This document shows positions 1-8,664 of a stretch of 64,000 nucleotides of DNA, piece by piece. The stretch spans positions 832,001 through 896,000 of the forward strand of contig OZ253462.1 in assembly GCA_965261395.1 (NCBI GenBank), read 5' to 3'. The notes beneath the pieces are model-generated. The model was not told the origin of the DNA. It saw only the letters and a list, made by a program, of their open reading frames with translations, and did no database searches. The DNA is from Candidatus Latescibacterota bacterium (GTDB lineage: Bacteria; Latescibacterota; UBA2968; UBA8231). The position numbers and the translations under genes were made by a program. The stretch's first letter is position 1, and every line of letters starts with the position of its first letter.

Positions 1-2
1 CG

Positions 3-362
3 CCCCCGACCGGAGTCGGCGCCTACGAGGTCAGTTACCCCTCGTACGAAGGAGTCGTGTGCGCCCAGGAGAGCTTGCAATACATCCTGAGCCTCGGAGT
101 CGACAGCATCCGCAACCACGCGAGAGACCTGACCGATCGCCTGCAGGAGGAGCTGCCGCAGAGAGGGTACAAATCAATCACGCCGCAGGGGAACGAAAGC
201 CCCATCCTCTCCTTCGTAGCTCCACACCCCGAAGCGGTCCTAACCAGTTGCAGAAGTGCCAACGTTCATGTGGCGATGCGTTTCGGCAACAAGATGCGCC
301 TCTCACCCTCGGTGTACAACAACCACGAGGATATCGATCGCCTCCTCGAGGCCCTGCCTTAG
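3..362 (+). CDS. Aminotransferase class V / cysteine desulfurase-like protein, C-terminal part (5' end outside window)
   Basis: Open frame from window start; C-terminal 'MRLSPSVYNNHEDIDRLLEAL' is typical of class V PLP enzymes. Confidence 0.75.
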   Translation, partial: PPTGVGAYEVSYPSYEGVVCAQESLQYILSLGVDSIRNHARDLTDRLQEELPQRGYKSITPQGNESPILSFVAPHPEAVLTSCRSANVHVAMRFGNKMRLSPSVYNNHEDIDRLLEALP

Positions 363-407
363 CAGCCGTCTCAAAATTCTAAGTGCGCTCCGCCCAACGT
401 CATTTCA

Positions 408-429
408 CATCTGCGTTCATCTGCGGATA
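408..429 (+). repeat. Intergenic ATCTGCG 10-bp-period repeat, copy 1 (2 units)
   Basis: catctgcgttcatctgcggata; same motif at 16967 and 27837. Confidence 0.7.
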
Positions 430-482
430 CCTTGCCGTCGGGAGACAGCCGATAGGGGTTTTGAGACCGCTTCTTAGTCACC

Positions 483-1364
483 TCACACCGAATCGGCCAC
501 CTCGGCGAGTCCTGCGTAGCCGTTGCTCTGCTTGGGTCTGCGGGAATGATGTGAGGGCAAGAGCAGGGCTGCCTGTTGGGGAGCGGTGAGCTCGTCCCAG
601 TAGGACGGCCGTCGGCCGCGCACGCCGCCTCCACCCCATGACATGTGCCCGGCGTTGTACTTGTAGAGGATGGCGCGGCGCTGGTGATCGGCATCCCACG
701 GGAGGGTGCCGTGGGTGCATGCCTCGCTGAAGATGATGGCGTCGCCGGCTTTGGCGTTTATCTCGGTCACGTATTCCTGGTACTGTTCCCATCTGCGCAT
801 CTTGGCCGGGCAGGTCACGTTAGCCTTGTGGCTGCCGGCAATGACGCTGATGCCGCCGTCGCCGGGCCCCTCGTCGGCGAGCAGGTATTCGATGACGCAG
901 AGGCCGGTGAAGATCTTACCCTCGCGGTAGAAATAGGGTGCGTTGTCGAAGTTGCCGTGCAGCATGCCGCCGGAACATCCCTTGTCCATAGCGATCAGAC
1001 CCGGACCGTGGTCGAGCCGCCAGCCTTCCCCGAGGATCGTATTGAGGTGAGGGATGGTTTTGGGATGCGCCAGCATTTCTCTGAACGGCTCGCAGAGCGG
1101 CCGCGGCAGTTCCAACAGGCCCTCGCTGTTGCCGAGGCGTGTCGAGGTGTTTTCACCCTGCAAAGCAACGGAATCGCCAAAGTACTCCGGGCTCGGTGTG
1201 AGCTCCATTGAGTCGATGGCGTCGTTGGCCAGCTTCAGGTGTTCCTCGCTCAGCACGTCCCGCACGATCAAAAATCCGAGCAGGTCGAAGAGGTACTTCT
1301 CATCGGCGGACATTTCCACCGTTTCTGCGGTGATTGAGCGCGAGGTGTTGGCGTGTTCAATCAT
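483..1364 (-). CDS. Phytanoyl-CoA dioxygenase (PhyH)-like Fe(II)/2OG enzyme
   Basis: 'FDLLGFLIVRDVL', 'DGGISVIAGSHK', 'AGDAIIFSEACTHG..PW...RR' jelly-roll motifs; first ligand motif is LHGN rather than HxD. Confidence 0.8.
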   Translation of the reverse strand: MIEHANTSRSITAETVEMSADEKYLFDLLGFLIVRDVLSEEHLKLANDAIDSMELTPSPEYFGDSVALQGENTSTRLGNSEGLLELPRPLCEPFREMLAHPKTIPHLNTILGEGWRLDHGPGLIAMDKGCSGGMLHGNFDNAPYFYREGKIFTGLCVIEYLLADEGPGDGGISVIAGSHKANVTCPAKMRRWEQYQEYVTEINAKAGDAIIFSEACTHGTLPWDADHQRRAILYKYNAGHMSWGGGGVRGRRPSYWDELTAPQQAALLLPSHHSRRPKQSNGYAGLAEVADSV

Positions 1365-1463
1365 GGCTGTTCTCCGTGGGATGGATTGTTGGAAGATTGG
1401 TTACAGTAGCCTTTATCGACAAAATGCCCTGAGCATATACGGTGTGCAAGGCCTATTTCCAAC

Positions 1464-1492
1464 TTGGCGCGGGGCGAAGCGGTGTATATGTT
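1464..1492 (+). promoter_or_regulatory. Putative sigma70 promoter TTGGCG-N17-TATGTT (duplicate of 6343-6371)
   Basis: Both hexamers and the 17-nt spacing are conserved between two otherwise diverged copies. Confidence 0.45.
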
Positions 1493-1528
1493 GAGCAAGA
1501 TGCACTGCAACCCAAACCGAGGCTGACT

Positions 1529-1618
1529 ATGGCCAATATCACCCGCGCCCCTTTCATTGGCAACAACTTCACCGCCCGCGTATTGACTCGACTGGTCAGC
1601 GCCGGCGATAAGGGATAG
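1529..1618 (+). pseudogene. 5' stub of an SGNH-like hydrolase paralogous to 6409-7062
   Basis: MANITRAPFIGNNFTARVLTRLVSAGDKG* versus MANITRILFIGNSFTARNNLPGLLAQLVHAGGKG; upstream DNA is also homologous. Confidence 0.85.
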
Positions 1619-1622
1619 CGCT

Positions 1623-2507
1623 ATGCGCCCTTGGACCTGCCCCTTAGTGCTAGATTCGTCGCGTAATATCGTCGCCGGCAGCCAAGATTCCTTGGTCCGG
1701 GCCATCCGCCGCGGCGCGGATCTGCGCATCTACACCGAATTTCGCCACAACGAGCACATTGACGTGCGCTCCCTCAGCGACGAGAAGGTGCGCGAAGTGG
1801 CCGAATTTGCCGTGACGTATCTCGTCGAAGACCGCTGGGCCGCCGGCCTGATGAGCCTGCGCCAGCCCGTGTCCCTGCCCGACGGATTTGGGCCGCGACC
1901 CTCGCTATCGTTTTTCCTCTATAACCAAGACGGCCACCAAGCCCTTGGCCGTCCCCACCTCGACGGGCAACAGACCGTGCCCGCCCCCGAGGGGGGACCG
2001 CATCCCATGCCGAAGTACCACTTGCTCGACAGCCATGACCTAGCGACCAGTGCCCCCAGCCACAACTTCGTTTACGACTTTGATATTTATAAGTTCTATG
2101 TCGCCGACACGTGGGAGGAAGTATTGCACCACGACGGCCACGGCCGCGTCCTTTCCGGCTCCATCGACGCCCTCGCCACCGCCTTTGGCGACGGTGCGTC
2201 CATCAAGGTCGGCATTGGCGAGTTGTGCGCGGACCTGCCCGGAGCGGGGGCGGATCTAGCCCACGAGGTGTTCGTCGAGACTGGCTCGGGCTATTACTAT
2301 GTCGAGCAGCGGCTCTTTATTGCCGGATCGCATCCGGTCATCCGCGTCCGGCCGAGCATCCCCATGCGCTATCAGAGCAAGGGCTGGGACTTTGGCTGGC
2401 TGGTGCTGCGCACCGACGGGGCGGTCGTCTATCGACAGTGCGACCCCTATTCGCTCGCCTTTGCCGATGGAACGCGACGTCACCCGATCCGCTGGTTCGC
2501 TCGCTGA
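1623..2507 (+). CDS. Hypothetical protein with apparent internal two-fold repeat
   Basis: 294-aa ORF with typical codon usage; no family recognised. Confidence 0.75.
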   Translation: MRPWTCPLVLDSSRNIVAGSQDSLVRAIRRGADLRIYTEFRHNEHIDVRSLSDEKVREVAEFAVTYLVEDRWAAGLMSLRQPVSLPDGFGPRPSLSFFLYNQDGHQALGRPHLDGQQTVPAPEGGPHPMPKYHLLDSHDLATSAPSHNFVYDFDIYKFYVADTWEEVLHHDGHGRVLSGSIDALATAFGDGASIKVGIGELCADLPGAGADLAHEVFVETGSGYYYVEQRLFIAGSHPVIRVRPSIPMRYQSKGWDFGWLVLRTDGAVVYRQCDPYSLAFADGTRRHPIRWFAR

Positions 2508-2576
2508 CCCGCCGGTTAGCTCTTCCCTGCGGTCGGAGAGCAACCTGTTCAATCGCCCGAATCCCAATAAACGCCG

Positions 2577-3335
2577 ATGAACCCATCAGACTACGAATTC
2601 TTTCGCCACAATGGCTACGTCCGCCTAGGCCAACTCTTCTCCGATCAAGACGCCGCCCGCCTGCGCCAGAGCTTTGACGAGGACCGCGCAACTTGGGGCC
2701 GCGCCATGTGGCACCCCTTGGAAAGCGCCTACCAGACCGTCAACTGCGATCCCCTGATCACTTGGCCCGCAGTCGAAGAGATCATCCGCCACCCGCAAAT
2801 CCTCGACGCAGTGGAAGCGCTGCTCGGCGCTCCCATCTGCCTCTCTGAAGCCTGCTTGCGCCACATGGCACCCTACGAGGGCGAAGGCTGGCGACGCTGG
2901 CATCGCGACCGGCCGCACTGGCAGCAGCACCCCCTGCACACCCAGTATGTCCACGCCCTCGTCTATTTGGCCGACGTTGACGAGACCACCCACTGCTTCT
3001 CCCTCTCGCCTGAAGCCGCCGACGCGCCCATTTTGGACCAGGAAGATCAGCTCGCCCGCGGCGGTATCGTCGATCTGCACGGACCGGCCGGCACCGTCGC
3101 GCTCTTCAACCTCTCGGTGCTACACACGGCGACCATCCGCCCGACGCAACAAGAACGCAAAACCGTACAGATCTACTACGGACGCCGCGACCAACCTCAT
3201 TTGAGCAACTACACAACCCTGCCCGCTCGACTCTGGCGCGACCACTCCGACCCGGAGGTCCATGCCTTCTACTCGGTACTCAACCCTAAGTCGCGGGCTT
3301 TTGCCATAGCCTTCGGTGCATCTGCACCTGAGTAA
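2577..3335 (+). CDS. PhyH-family dioxygenase
   Basis: 'FFRHNGYV', 'WHRD', 'GPAGTVALFNLSVLHTA...RK'. Confidence 0.85.
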   Translation: MNPSDYEFFRHNGYVRLGQLFSDQDAARLRQSFDEDRATWGRAMWHPLESAYQTVNCDPLITWPAVEEIIRHPQILDAVEALLGAPICLSEACLRHMAPYEGEGWRRWHRDRPHWQQHPLHTQYVHALVYLADVDETTHCFSLSPEAADAPILDQEDQLARGGIVDLHGPAGTVALFNLSVLHTATIRPTQQERKTVQIYYGRRDQPHLSNYTTLPARLWRDHSDPEVHAFYSVLNPKSRAFAIAFGASAPE

Positions 3336-3361
3336 CGACGCAATACACGGCTGGCGCAGCT

Positions 3362-4801
3362 TTATTCCACCGGCCTGATCCGCAGCGCTAAACCGGGCCG
3401 ACCGGGCAACTCGATCGGCACCTGACCCTCAAAGGTGCCCAGCGTCTCCACGGTCATTTCCCAAGTGTCGATTACATCGGCCTCATAGCGTCCCTCTTGC
3501 GGCAGGCCATCGCCAAAGTGGCGCGGCTGGTGTTCGCCGAAATAGATCAGGCGGTAGTTGCCGCGCTGGCCAGCGGCAGTGCGATCCCACGGAAACCCGC
3601 CCACAAAAGGCTCAATACCCTCGGCTGGGCCTTGCTCGACGATCTGGCGCAAAAACTTCAGCCGCGGCCAGCTCTCACCGTGCAGCACCCCGCCCTTGGA
3701 CCACCATAGAATGTCCTCGGGGTGTTCATAGGTCTCGCCGTGGCCGGCATACCCGCCGTAGGCGATGCAAATCCAGTAGCGATGCACCAGTTCGCGGGCG
3801 GTGATATTGCCCCAGTTGCGCAGGATATTGCCCTCGTATTCGCATTCGTCGTCGATGACTGGCTTGCCATAGGCAGCACGCCACTGACGCATCTTTTTTA
3901 CATCCCAGTTCTGCACGCAGACGTGCGTCACCCCGGGCTTCGTGTGGTCGTAGTTCTTGTCAACACGGCCGTTGTGGATCGAGCGCAGGTGGCCATAGGG
4001 GTCGTTTTCCTGCACGATCTCGAAGAAGCGGTCCCAGACCGCCATTGGCTTGTCCCGCAGCATGAAGTCGTACTCATTGGCCATGGACCACCAGACATTG
4101 CGCAAGGCCGCCAACCGGGCGACCACGTAACGCAGGTAGGCGTAGTCCCTCTCGTGCGCCATCTTGGCGTAGCCCCAGCGGTCGTAGGGATGGAAGAGGA
4201 TGATATCGGCCTCTATGCCCAAGGCACCGAACTGGGCGACGCGTTGTTCGAGATGGCGGAAGAAGGCGACGTCGTAGCGGGTAAAATCCCAGTTGCCATC
4301 GGCCTTTTTCGCAAAGGGATCATAGACCGGCTCGTTTTTGTTGAAGATGTAGTCTTTGGGAAAAACGCACATCCGCAGCTTGTTGAAGCCAGCGGTCTCC
4401 AAGGTCTTGAGCGTCTGCTGCTCAAGTGCATCGCCTTGGTGGATCCAAGCGTAGCAGGTGGTGCCGAAAGGGAAGTAGGGCGTGCCGTCTTCGTAGCCGA
4501 AGTGGTATTGGTGGCGCACCCGCACTGGCCCGTGATTGTTGGGCGCTGGTGCGGTGCAGCAGAAGCTGCCGGTTTGTCCGTTAAGCGCCGCTGCATTGCT
4601 GTGGGTGCGATAGGTCCATTCGCCTTCTTGCGCTGGCATAAAGCGCACCTTATAGATGCCGTCGCCGTCGTAGAAGCCGGGCACTTTAATCGCCGCGTCG
4701 CCTTGGCGAAACTCTGCGCCCAATGCTACCTCGGCAAAAGGATTGCCCTCTGCTGGCCCTTGCAATTCCACCTCAAACACACCCCATCGTTCTACGCTCA
4801 T
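3362..4801 (-). CDS. DUF5060/DUF4038/DUF5605 apiosidase-like putative glycoside hydrolase
   Basis: 'VERWGVFEV..GP..GNPF', 'GFYDGDG.YKVRFMP', 'GTTCYAW', 'WWSMANEYD', 'DECEYEG'; ATG at 4801 overlaps the upstream TGA. Confidence 0.85.
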   Translation of the reverse strand: MSVERWGVFEVELQGPAEGNPFAEVALGAEFRQGDAAIKVPGFYDGDGIYKVRFMPAQEGEWTYRTHSNAAALNGQTGSFCCTAPAPNNHGPVRVRHQYHFGYEDGTPYFPFGTTCYAWIHQGDALEQQTLKTLETAGFNKLRMCVFPKDYIFNKNEPVYDPFAKKADGNWDFTRYDVAFFRHLEQRVAQFGALGIEADIILFHPYDRWGYAKMAHERDYAYLRYVVARLAALRNVWWSMANEYDFMLRDKPMAVWDRFFEIVQENDPYGHLRSIHNGRVDKNYDHTKPGVTHVCVQNWDVKKMRQWRAAYGKPVIDDECEYEGNILRNWGNITARELVHRYWICIAYGGYAGHGETYEHPEDILWWSKGGVLHGESWPRLKFLRQIVEQGPAEGIEPFVGGFPWDRTAAGQRGNYRLIYFGEHQPRHFGDGLPQEGRYEADVIDTWEMTVETLGTFEGQVPIELPGRPGLALRIRPVE

Positions 4802-5490
4802 TCTTTGAACTCCTCCTCCAGCCGGTCTCCGGCCGCCTGCCAAGCGGCAATGATCCGGTCGTAATATGGATGATCCTCGCACGCCTCCAACTGCCCGCTA
4901 GCTTCCAGCCAGTTGATCGTCCGCCGCACGCCTTCGACCCAAGGGATGGTGACGCGGAAGCCCAGGTCGGCTCGCGCCGCCGCGTTGTCGAAGAGGTTGT
5001 TGTATTTGAAATTCCACTCGGTCCACTCGGCTCGGCGCCCGGCTATCCGCACCAGCAAGTCGGTGGGAATCCGCACCATCTCCGGCGCGGGCGCGCCTAG
5101 GGCCTCGGCAATGCCCTCGTTGTAGCGCTCCCAAGTCATCCACTCTTCGCCCGCGACGTGATAGCCCCGCCCCAGCGCCTTGTCGTTGCCCAAGGCCCCG
5201 ACAAAGGCCACTGCTACGTCGTCGCGGTGGCAGGTCGGCCAAAAGGACGAGCCATCGCCGTGGACGATGATCGGCAGACCCTTTCTGATGCGGTCCACAT
5301 AGAAGTTGCCCGGCAGCGAATGGATCAGGTTGTTGCCGCCCTCGCCGTAGGTGTGCCCCGGACGGATACTGGTCACGGCCAGTTCGCCCGTCTCGTGCGC
5401 ACGGAACAAACGCTCCTCGCAGCGCGCCTTGTTGAAGGCGTAGCCAAACGCCGGATTGGGCTGCCGCTCGGCCTCCTCGGTGATCGGGTA
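4798..5490 (-). pseudogene. 5'-truncated NAD-dependent epimerase/dehydratase (extended SDR)
   Basis: Frame reads YPITEEAERQPNPAFGYAFNKARCEE (YxxxK) then 'IRPGHTYG'; no Rossmann GxxGxxG N-terminus; in-frame TGA at 5506-5508 inside the upstream gene. Confidence 0.75.
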
Positions 5491-5491
5491 C

Positions 5492-6259
5492 TTAGGCTTC
5501 GTACATCACCGGGCAAATCTGGGGATCGTCCAAATGCGCGGTGTAGTAGCTCTGGTCGCCGGGCACCGGCACGGCCCTTTCGTCGCGCAAATGCACGGCC
5601 AAGCTCCAGCGCGCCGCATCCGAGACATTGGCGTTGGAGCCGTGGTAGGTTAGGCAGTGGTGGACGCTAAGCCCGCCTAAGGGCATCAGCACTGGCACTT
5701 CCTCCCAAGTCTCGCCCGCGGGCACCGCGATGTCCTCCCGCAGTTTATGCTGATCCTTGTCGAAGAAATTGCCCTGATTCAAAAAGCCCCAACGATGCGA
5801 CCCGCGCACAAAGCGCATCGGGCCCGACTGCTCGCCCACATCGCACAGCGCGATCCACGCTGTAAACAGCCCTTCGTCTTGCTGCCACATGCGCCAGTAC
5901 TGGCGGTCTTGGTGCCAGCCGACGTGCCCTGCAGCTGCGGACCCCGGCGGCTTGATTAGCAACTGGCTCGCCCACACCTGCACTCGCTGGGCACCCGTCA
6001 CTTCGGCGACCTTGCGCCCCACTTGTGGACAGGTCACCAATCCATAGAGTCCCGTATCCGACCGATGCGGATTATTGATCTTGCACAACACCTCTGGATC
6101 ATATCCAGGATGCTCGGTCGGCGGCAGCCCCATATCGAACACCCCATCGCGCACCGCCACCATTCCCCGCACCGCCTTTTCCAGCACATCGTCCGGCGCG
6201 ATCTGCTCATCCGCGATACAATACCCGTCCCGCTCGTATTGCTCGACCGTTTGTCTCAT
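5492..6259 (-). CDS. PhyH-family dioxygenase
   Basis: 'QYERDGY', 'WHQD..YW', 'GPMRFVRGSH', 'HHCLTYHGS'. Confidence 0.9.
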   Translation of the reverse strand: MRQTVEQYERDGYCIADEQIAPDDVLEKAVRGMVAVRDGVFDMGLPPTEHPGYDPEVLCKINNPHRSDTGLYGLVTCPQVGRKVAEVTGAQRVQVWASQLLIKPPGSAAAGHVGWHQDRQYWRMWQQDEGLFTAWIALCDVGEQSGPMRFVRGSHRWGFLNQGNFFDKDQHKLREDIAVPAGETWEEVPVLMPLGGLSVHHCLTYHGSNANVSDAARWSLAVHLRDERAVPVPGDQSYYTAHLDDPQICPVMYEA

Positions 6260-6342
6260 CTGAAGTTCTCCCTATTAGACTGCATAAAAATCGCCGACAT
6301 CGAGATTCTGCCTGCTGAATACGAGGCCATTAGGATAGCAAT

Positions 6343-6371
6343 TTGGCGCGAGGCGAAGCGGTATTTATGTT
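6343..6371 (+). promoter_or_regulatory. Putative sigma70 promoter TTGGCG-N17-TATGTT
   Basis: About 40 bp upstream of the 6409 ATG; conserved in the duplicate at 1464. Confidence 0.5.
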
Positions 6372-6408
6372 GAGCAGGACATACCTCAACCCAAACTGAA
6401 GACTTATT

Positions 6409-7062
6409 ATGGCCAATATCACCCGCATCCTTTTCATCGGCAACAGCTTCACCGCGCGCAACAATCTGCCCGGCCTCCTCGCCCAACTCGTCCATGCCGG
6501 CGGCAAAGGCGAGCTGGAATGCGAACTCATCAGCGCCGGCGGGGCCTCGCTCCGAATGCACTTGAACAAAGGCGAGGCGCAAACGCGCTTGCAGGCATCC
6601 GGCTGGGATTACGTCGTATTGCAGGAGCAAAGCACCCTGCCGGTAAAAAATCCCAAGCGCACCGGGGAAAACATCCGCGAGTTCGACGCCATAATTAAAG
6701 CAGCACAGGCGCAGACGGTACTCTACATGACTTGGGCGCGGCAAAACGCCCCCGAGACCCAAGCCGCCTTGAGCGAGACTTATACCGAAGCGGGGCGCGA
6801 GATCGGCGCGACCGTCGTGCCCGTGGGGCTAGCTTGGCGCGATTGCTTAGCGGCCCATCCCGCTATCGTCCTGCACGACAAGGACCAAAGCCATCCCAAT
6901 CTCGCCGGATCCTATCTGGCAGCTTGTGCATTTTACGCGGCGCTCTTTATCGGCCGGTCCAAGTCCATTCCCAACATCGCCATTGACCTAGACACCGAAA
7001 CGGTCAACGCCCTCCACGAAGCTGCGCTGGCAACGACGCGTATCTACAGCGTCTCCGCGTAG
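6409..7062 (+). CDS. SGNH/GDSL-like hydrolase (DUF4886-like)
   Basis: 'ILFIGNSFT', 'WDYVVLQEQS', 'DQSHPNLAGSYLAA'. Confidence 0.8.
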   Translation: MANITRILFIGNSFTARNNLPGLLAQLVHAGGKGELECELISAGGASLRMHLNKGEAQTRLQASGWDYVVLQEQSTLPVKNPKRTGENIREFDAIIKAAQAQTVLYMTWARQNAPETQAALSETYTEAGREIGATVVPVGLAWRDCLAAHPAIVLHDKDQSHPNLAGSYLAACAFYAALFIGRSKSIPNIAIDLDTETVNALHEAALATTRIYSVSA

Positions 7063-7076
7063 AGGAGTTCCCCCCT

Positions 7077-7529
7077 ATGAGTGCTTTTGCAAGCGAGTAC
7101 TACCTGTGGCTCAAAGCTATCCACATCATCTTCGTCATCGCTTGGATGGTCGGCATGTTTTATCTGCCGCGCCTCTATGTCTATCACTGCCAAGTCACCC
7201 CTAACTCCGAAGCCGACGAGACGTTCAAGGTCATGGAGCGCAAGTTGCTGAAGGTGATTATGAATCCGGCGATGATCGTTTCTTTTATAACCGGCATTCT
7301 GTTAATCATCGCCACGGGTGCAGGCGCGCCCGGCACCGGCTACTGGATGCACATCAAGTTAGTGCTAGTGCTCGGCATGGGTGCCGTCCACGGCATGCTC
7401 TCTTCCTACCGCAAGGCTTTTGCACGCGGTGAGAACCAAAAGAGCGAGCAGTTTTTCCGCTGCCTCAATGAAGTGCCCACTGTCTTGGTGATCGCCATTG
7501 TAATTCTAGTTGTGGTCAAGTTCATCTGA
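7077..7529 (+). CDS. hemJ: Protoporphyrinogen oxidase HemJ
   Basis: 'WLKAIHIIFVIAWMVGMFYLPRLYVYH', 'FKVMERKL...IMNPAM', 'NEVPT'. Confidence 0.92.
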   Translation: MSAFASEYYLWLKAIHIIFVIAWMVGMFYLPRLYVYHCQVTPNSEADETFKVMERKLLKVIMNPAMIVSFITGILLIIATGAGAPGTGYWMHIKLVLVLGMGAVHGMLSSYRKAFARGENQKSEQFFRCLNEVPTVLVIAIVILVVVKFI

Positions 7530-7627
7530 GGATGGGGGAATCGGCGCGTTCCCTGCTTGATTCAGAGCCTCAATTTCCTTATACCATCGCGGTGCATTTC
7601 CGCGACCCATTTATCAAGGAGAAACCC

Positions 7628-8605
7628 ATGAAATCGCTCACTTCGGCGGTGCTCGTGCTCGCCCTGTCCCTGCCGTGCTTTTCCCAGACCCGCGAACAAG
7701 GACCTTGGTGGCCCTCGCAATGGGGGGCCGACGACCAAGCCGGCGCATCCAACCGCATTACCGCCGCAACCATCCTCAAGGCCGTACAGCTAGTAAAGAC
7801 CGGCAAGATGTACGAGCTAGGCCAAGTTTACGAGCGCGGCATGCCGCTGTTTGGCGAGCGCACGTATGCGATGTTCATCCCCGGATCGCCCACCGGTGGC
7901 CCCTTCGGCGAGAACAATATGCTGATGTACCACGACGAGTTCCTCTGCGCCGAGATCGGCCAAGTAGGCACTCAGTTCGATGGGCTGGCCCACATTGGCA
8001 CGCGCATGAAGATGGCCGACGGCTCGACCCAAGACGTATTCTACAACGGCGTTACTGCCGATGAAATGGCTGGAGCTTACGGCGTCACCAAGCTGGGCAT
8101 TGAACATGTGCGCTCCTTTGTCACCCGCGGCGTGCTCATCGACATTGCCGGCTACAAGGGCGTCGAGCACCTCGACCACAGCTATGAGGTCACCGTCGCC
8201 GATATCCGCGGCGCGCTCGCAAAGCAAGGGATCGCCGAAAGCAGCATCCAAGAGGGCGACGCCCTGCTCTTCAACTACGGCTGGTCCAAGCTGTGGAAGG
8301 ATGCTGAAACCTACAACACCAACCCGCCCGGCATCGGCATGGAGGCCAGCGAGTGGATCATCTCTATGAAACCCTCGATGATCGGCACGGATCAGTGGAC
8401 CACCGAAGTCGTGCCCGGTCCCGACCCCAAGCAGGCCTTCCCGGTCCACCAAGAACTCATCCCCAAGAACGGCATCTTCAACCTGGAGAACATGGTCTTT
8501 GAAGAAGTGTTGGCCGACGAGGTGTACGAGTTTCTCTTCATATTCACGCCGACCCGCTTCAAAGGCGGCACTGGATCGCCAGGACGGCCGATCGCCATCC
8601 ACTGA
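7628..8605 (+). CDS. Secreted cyclase-family (kynurenine formamidase-like) metallohydrolase
   Basis: Signal peptide; 'GTQFDGLAH', 'TRGVLIDIA', 'GDALLFNYGW', 'GGTGSPGRPIA'; AAGGAG RBS. Confidence 0.85.
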   Translation: MKSLTSAVLVLALSLPCFSQTREQGPWWPSQWGADDQAGASNRITAATILKAVQLVKTGKMYELGQVYERGMPLFGERTYAMFIPGSPTGGPFGENNMLMYHDEFLCAEIGQVGTQFDGLAHIGTRMKMADGSTQDVFYNGVTADEMAGAYGVTKLGIEHVRSFVTRGVLIDIAGYKGVEHLDHSYEVTVADIRGALAKQGIAESSIQEGDALLFNYGWSKLWKDAETYNTNPPGIGMEASEWIISMKPSMIGTDQWTTEVVPGPDPKQAFPVHQELIPKNGIFNLENMVFEEVLADEVYEFLFIFTPTRFKGGTGSPGRPIAIH

Positions 8606-8618
8606 ACTGGAAATGGAG

Positions 8619-8648
8619 AACCCCGCGTCGAAAAGGCGCGGGGTTTTT
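8619..8648 (+). terminator. Rho-independent terminator
   Basis: aaccccgcgtc-gaaaa-ggcgcggggtt followed by a T run, just after the cyclase stop. Confidence 0.8.
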
Positions 8649-8664
8649 AACACCCAAGACCTCT

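Noticed and set aside
6343-6362. Sigma54 promoter at TTGGCGCG
   Set aside because: No TTGC at -12; the sigma70-like spacing fits better in both copies
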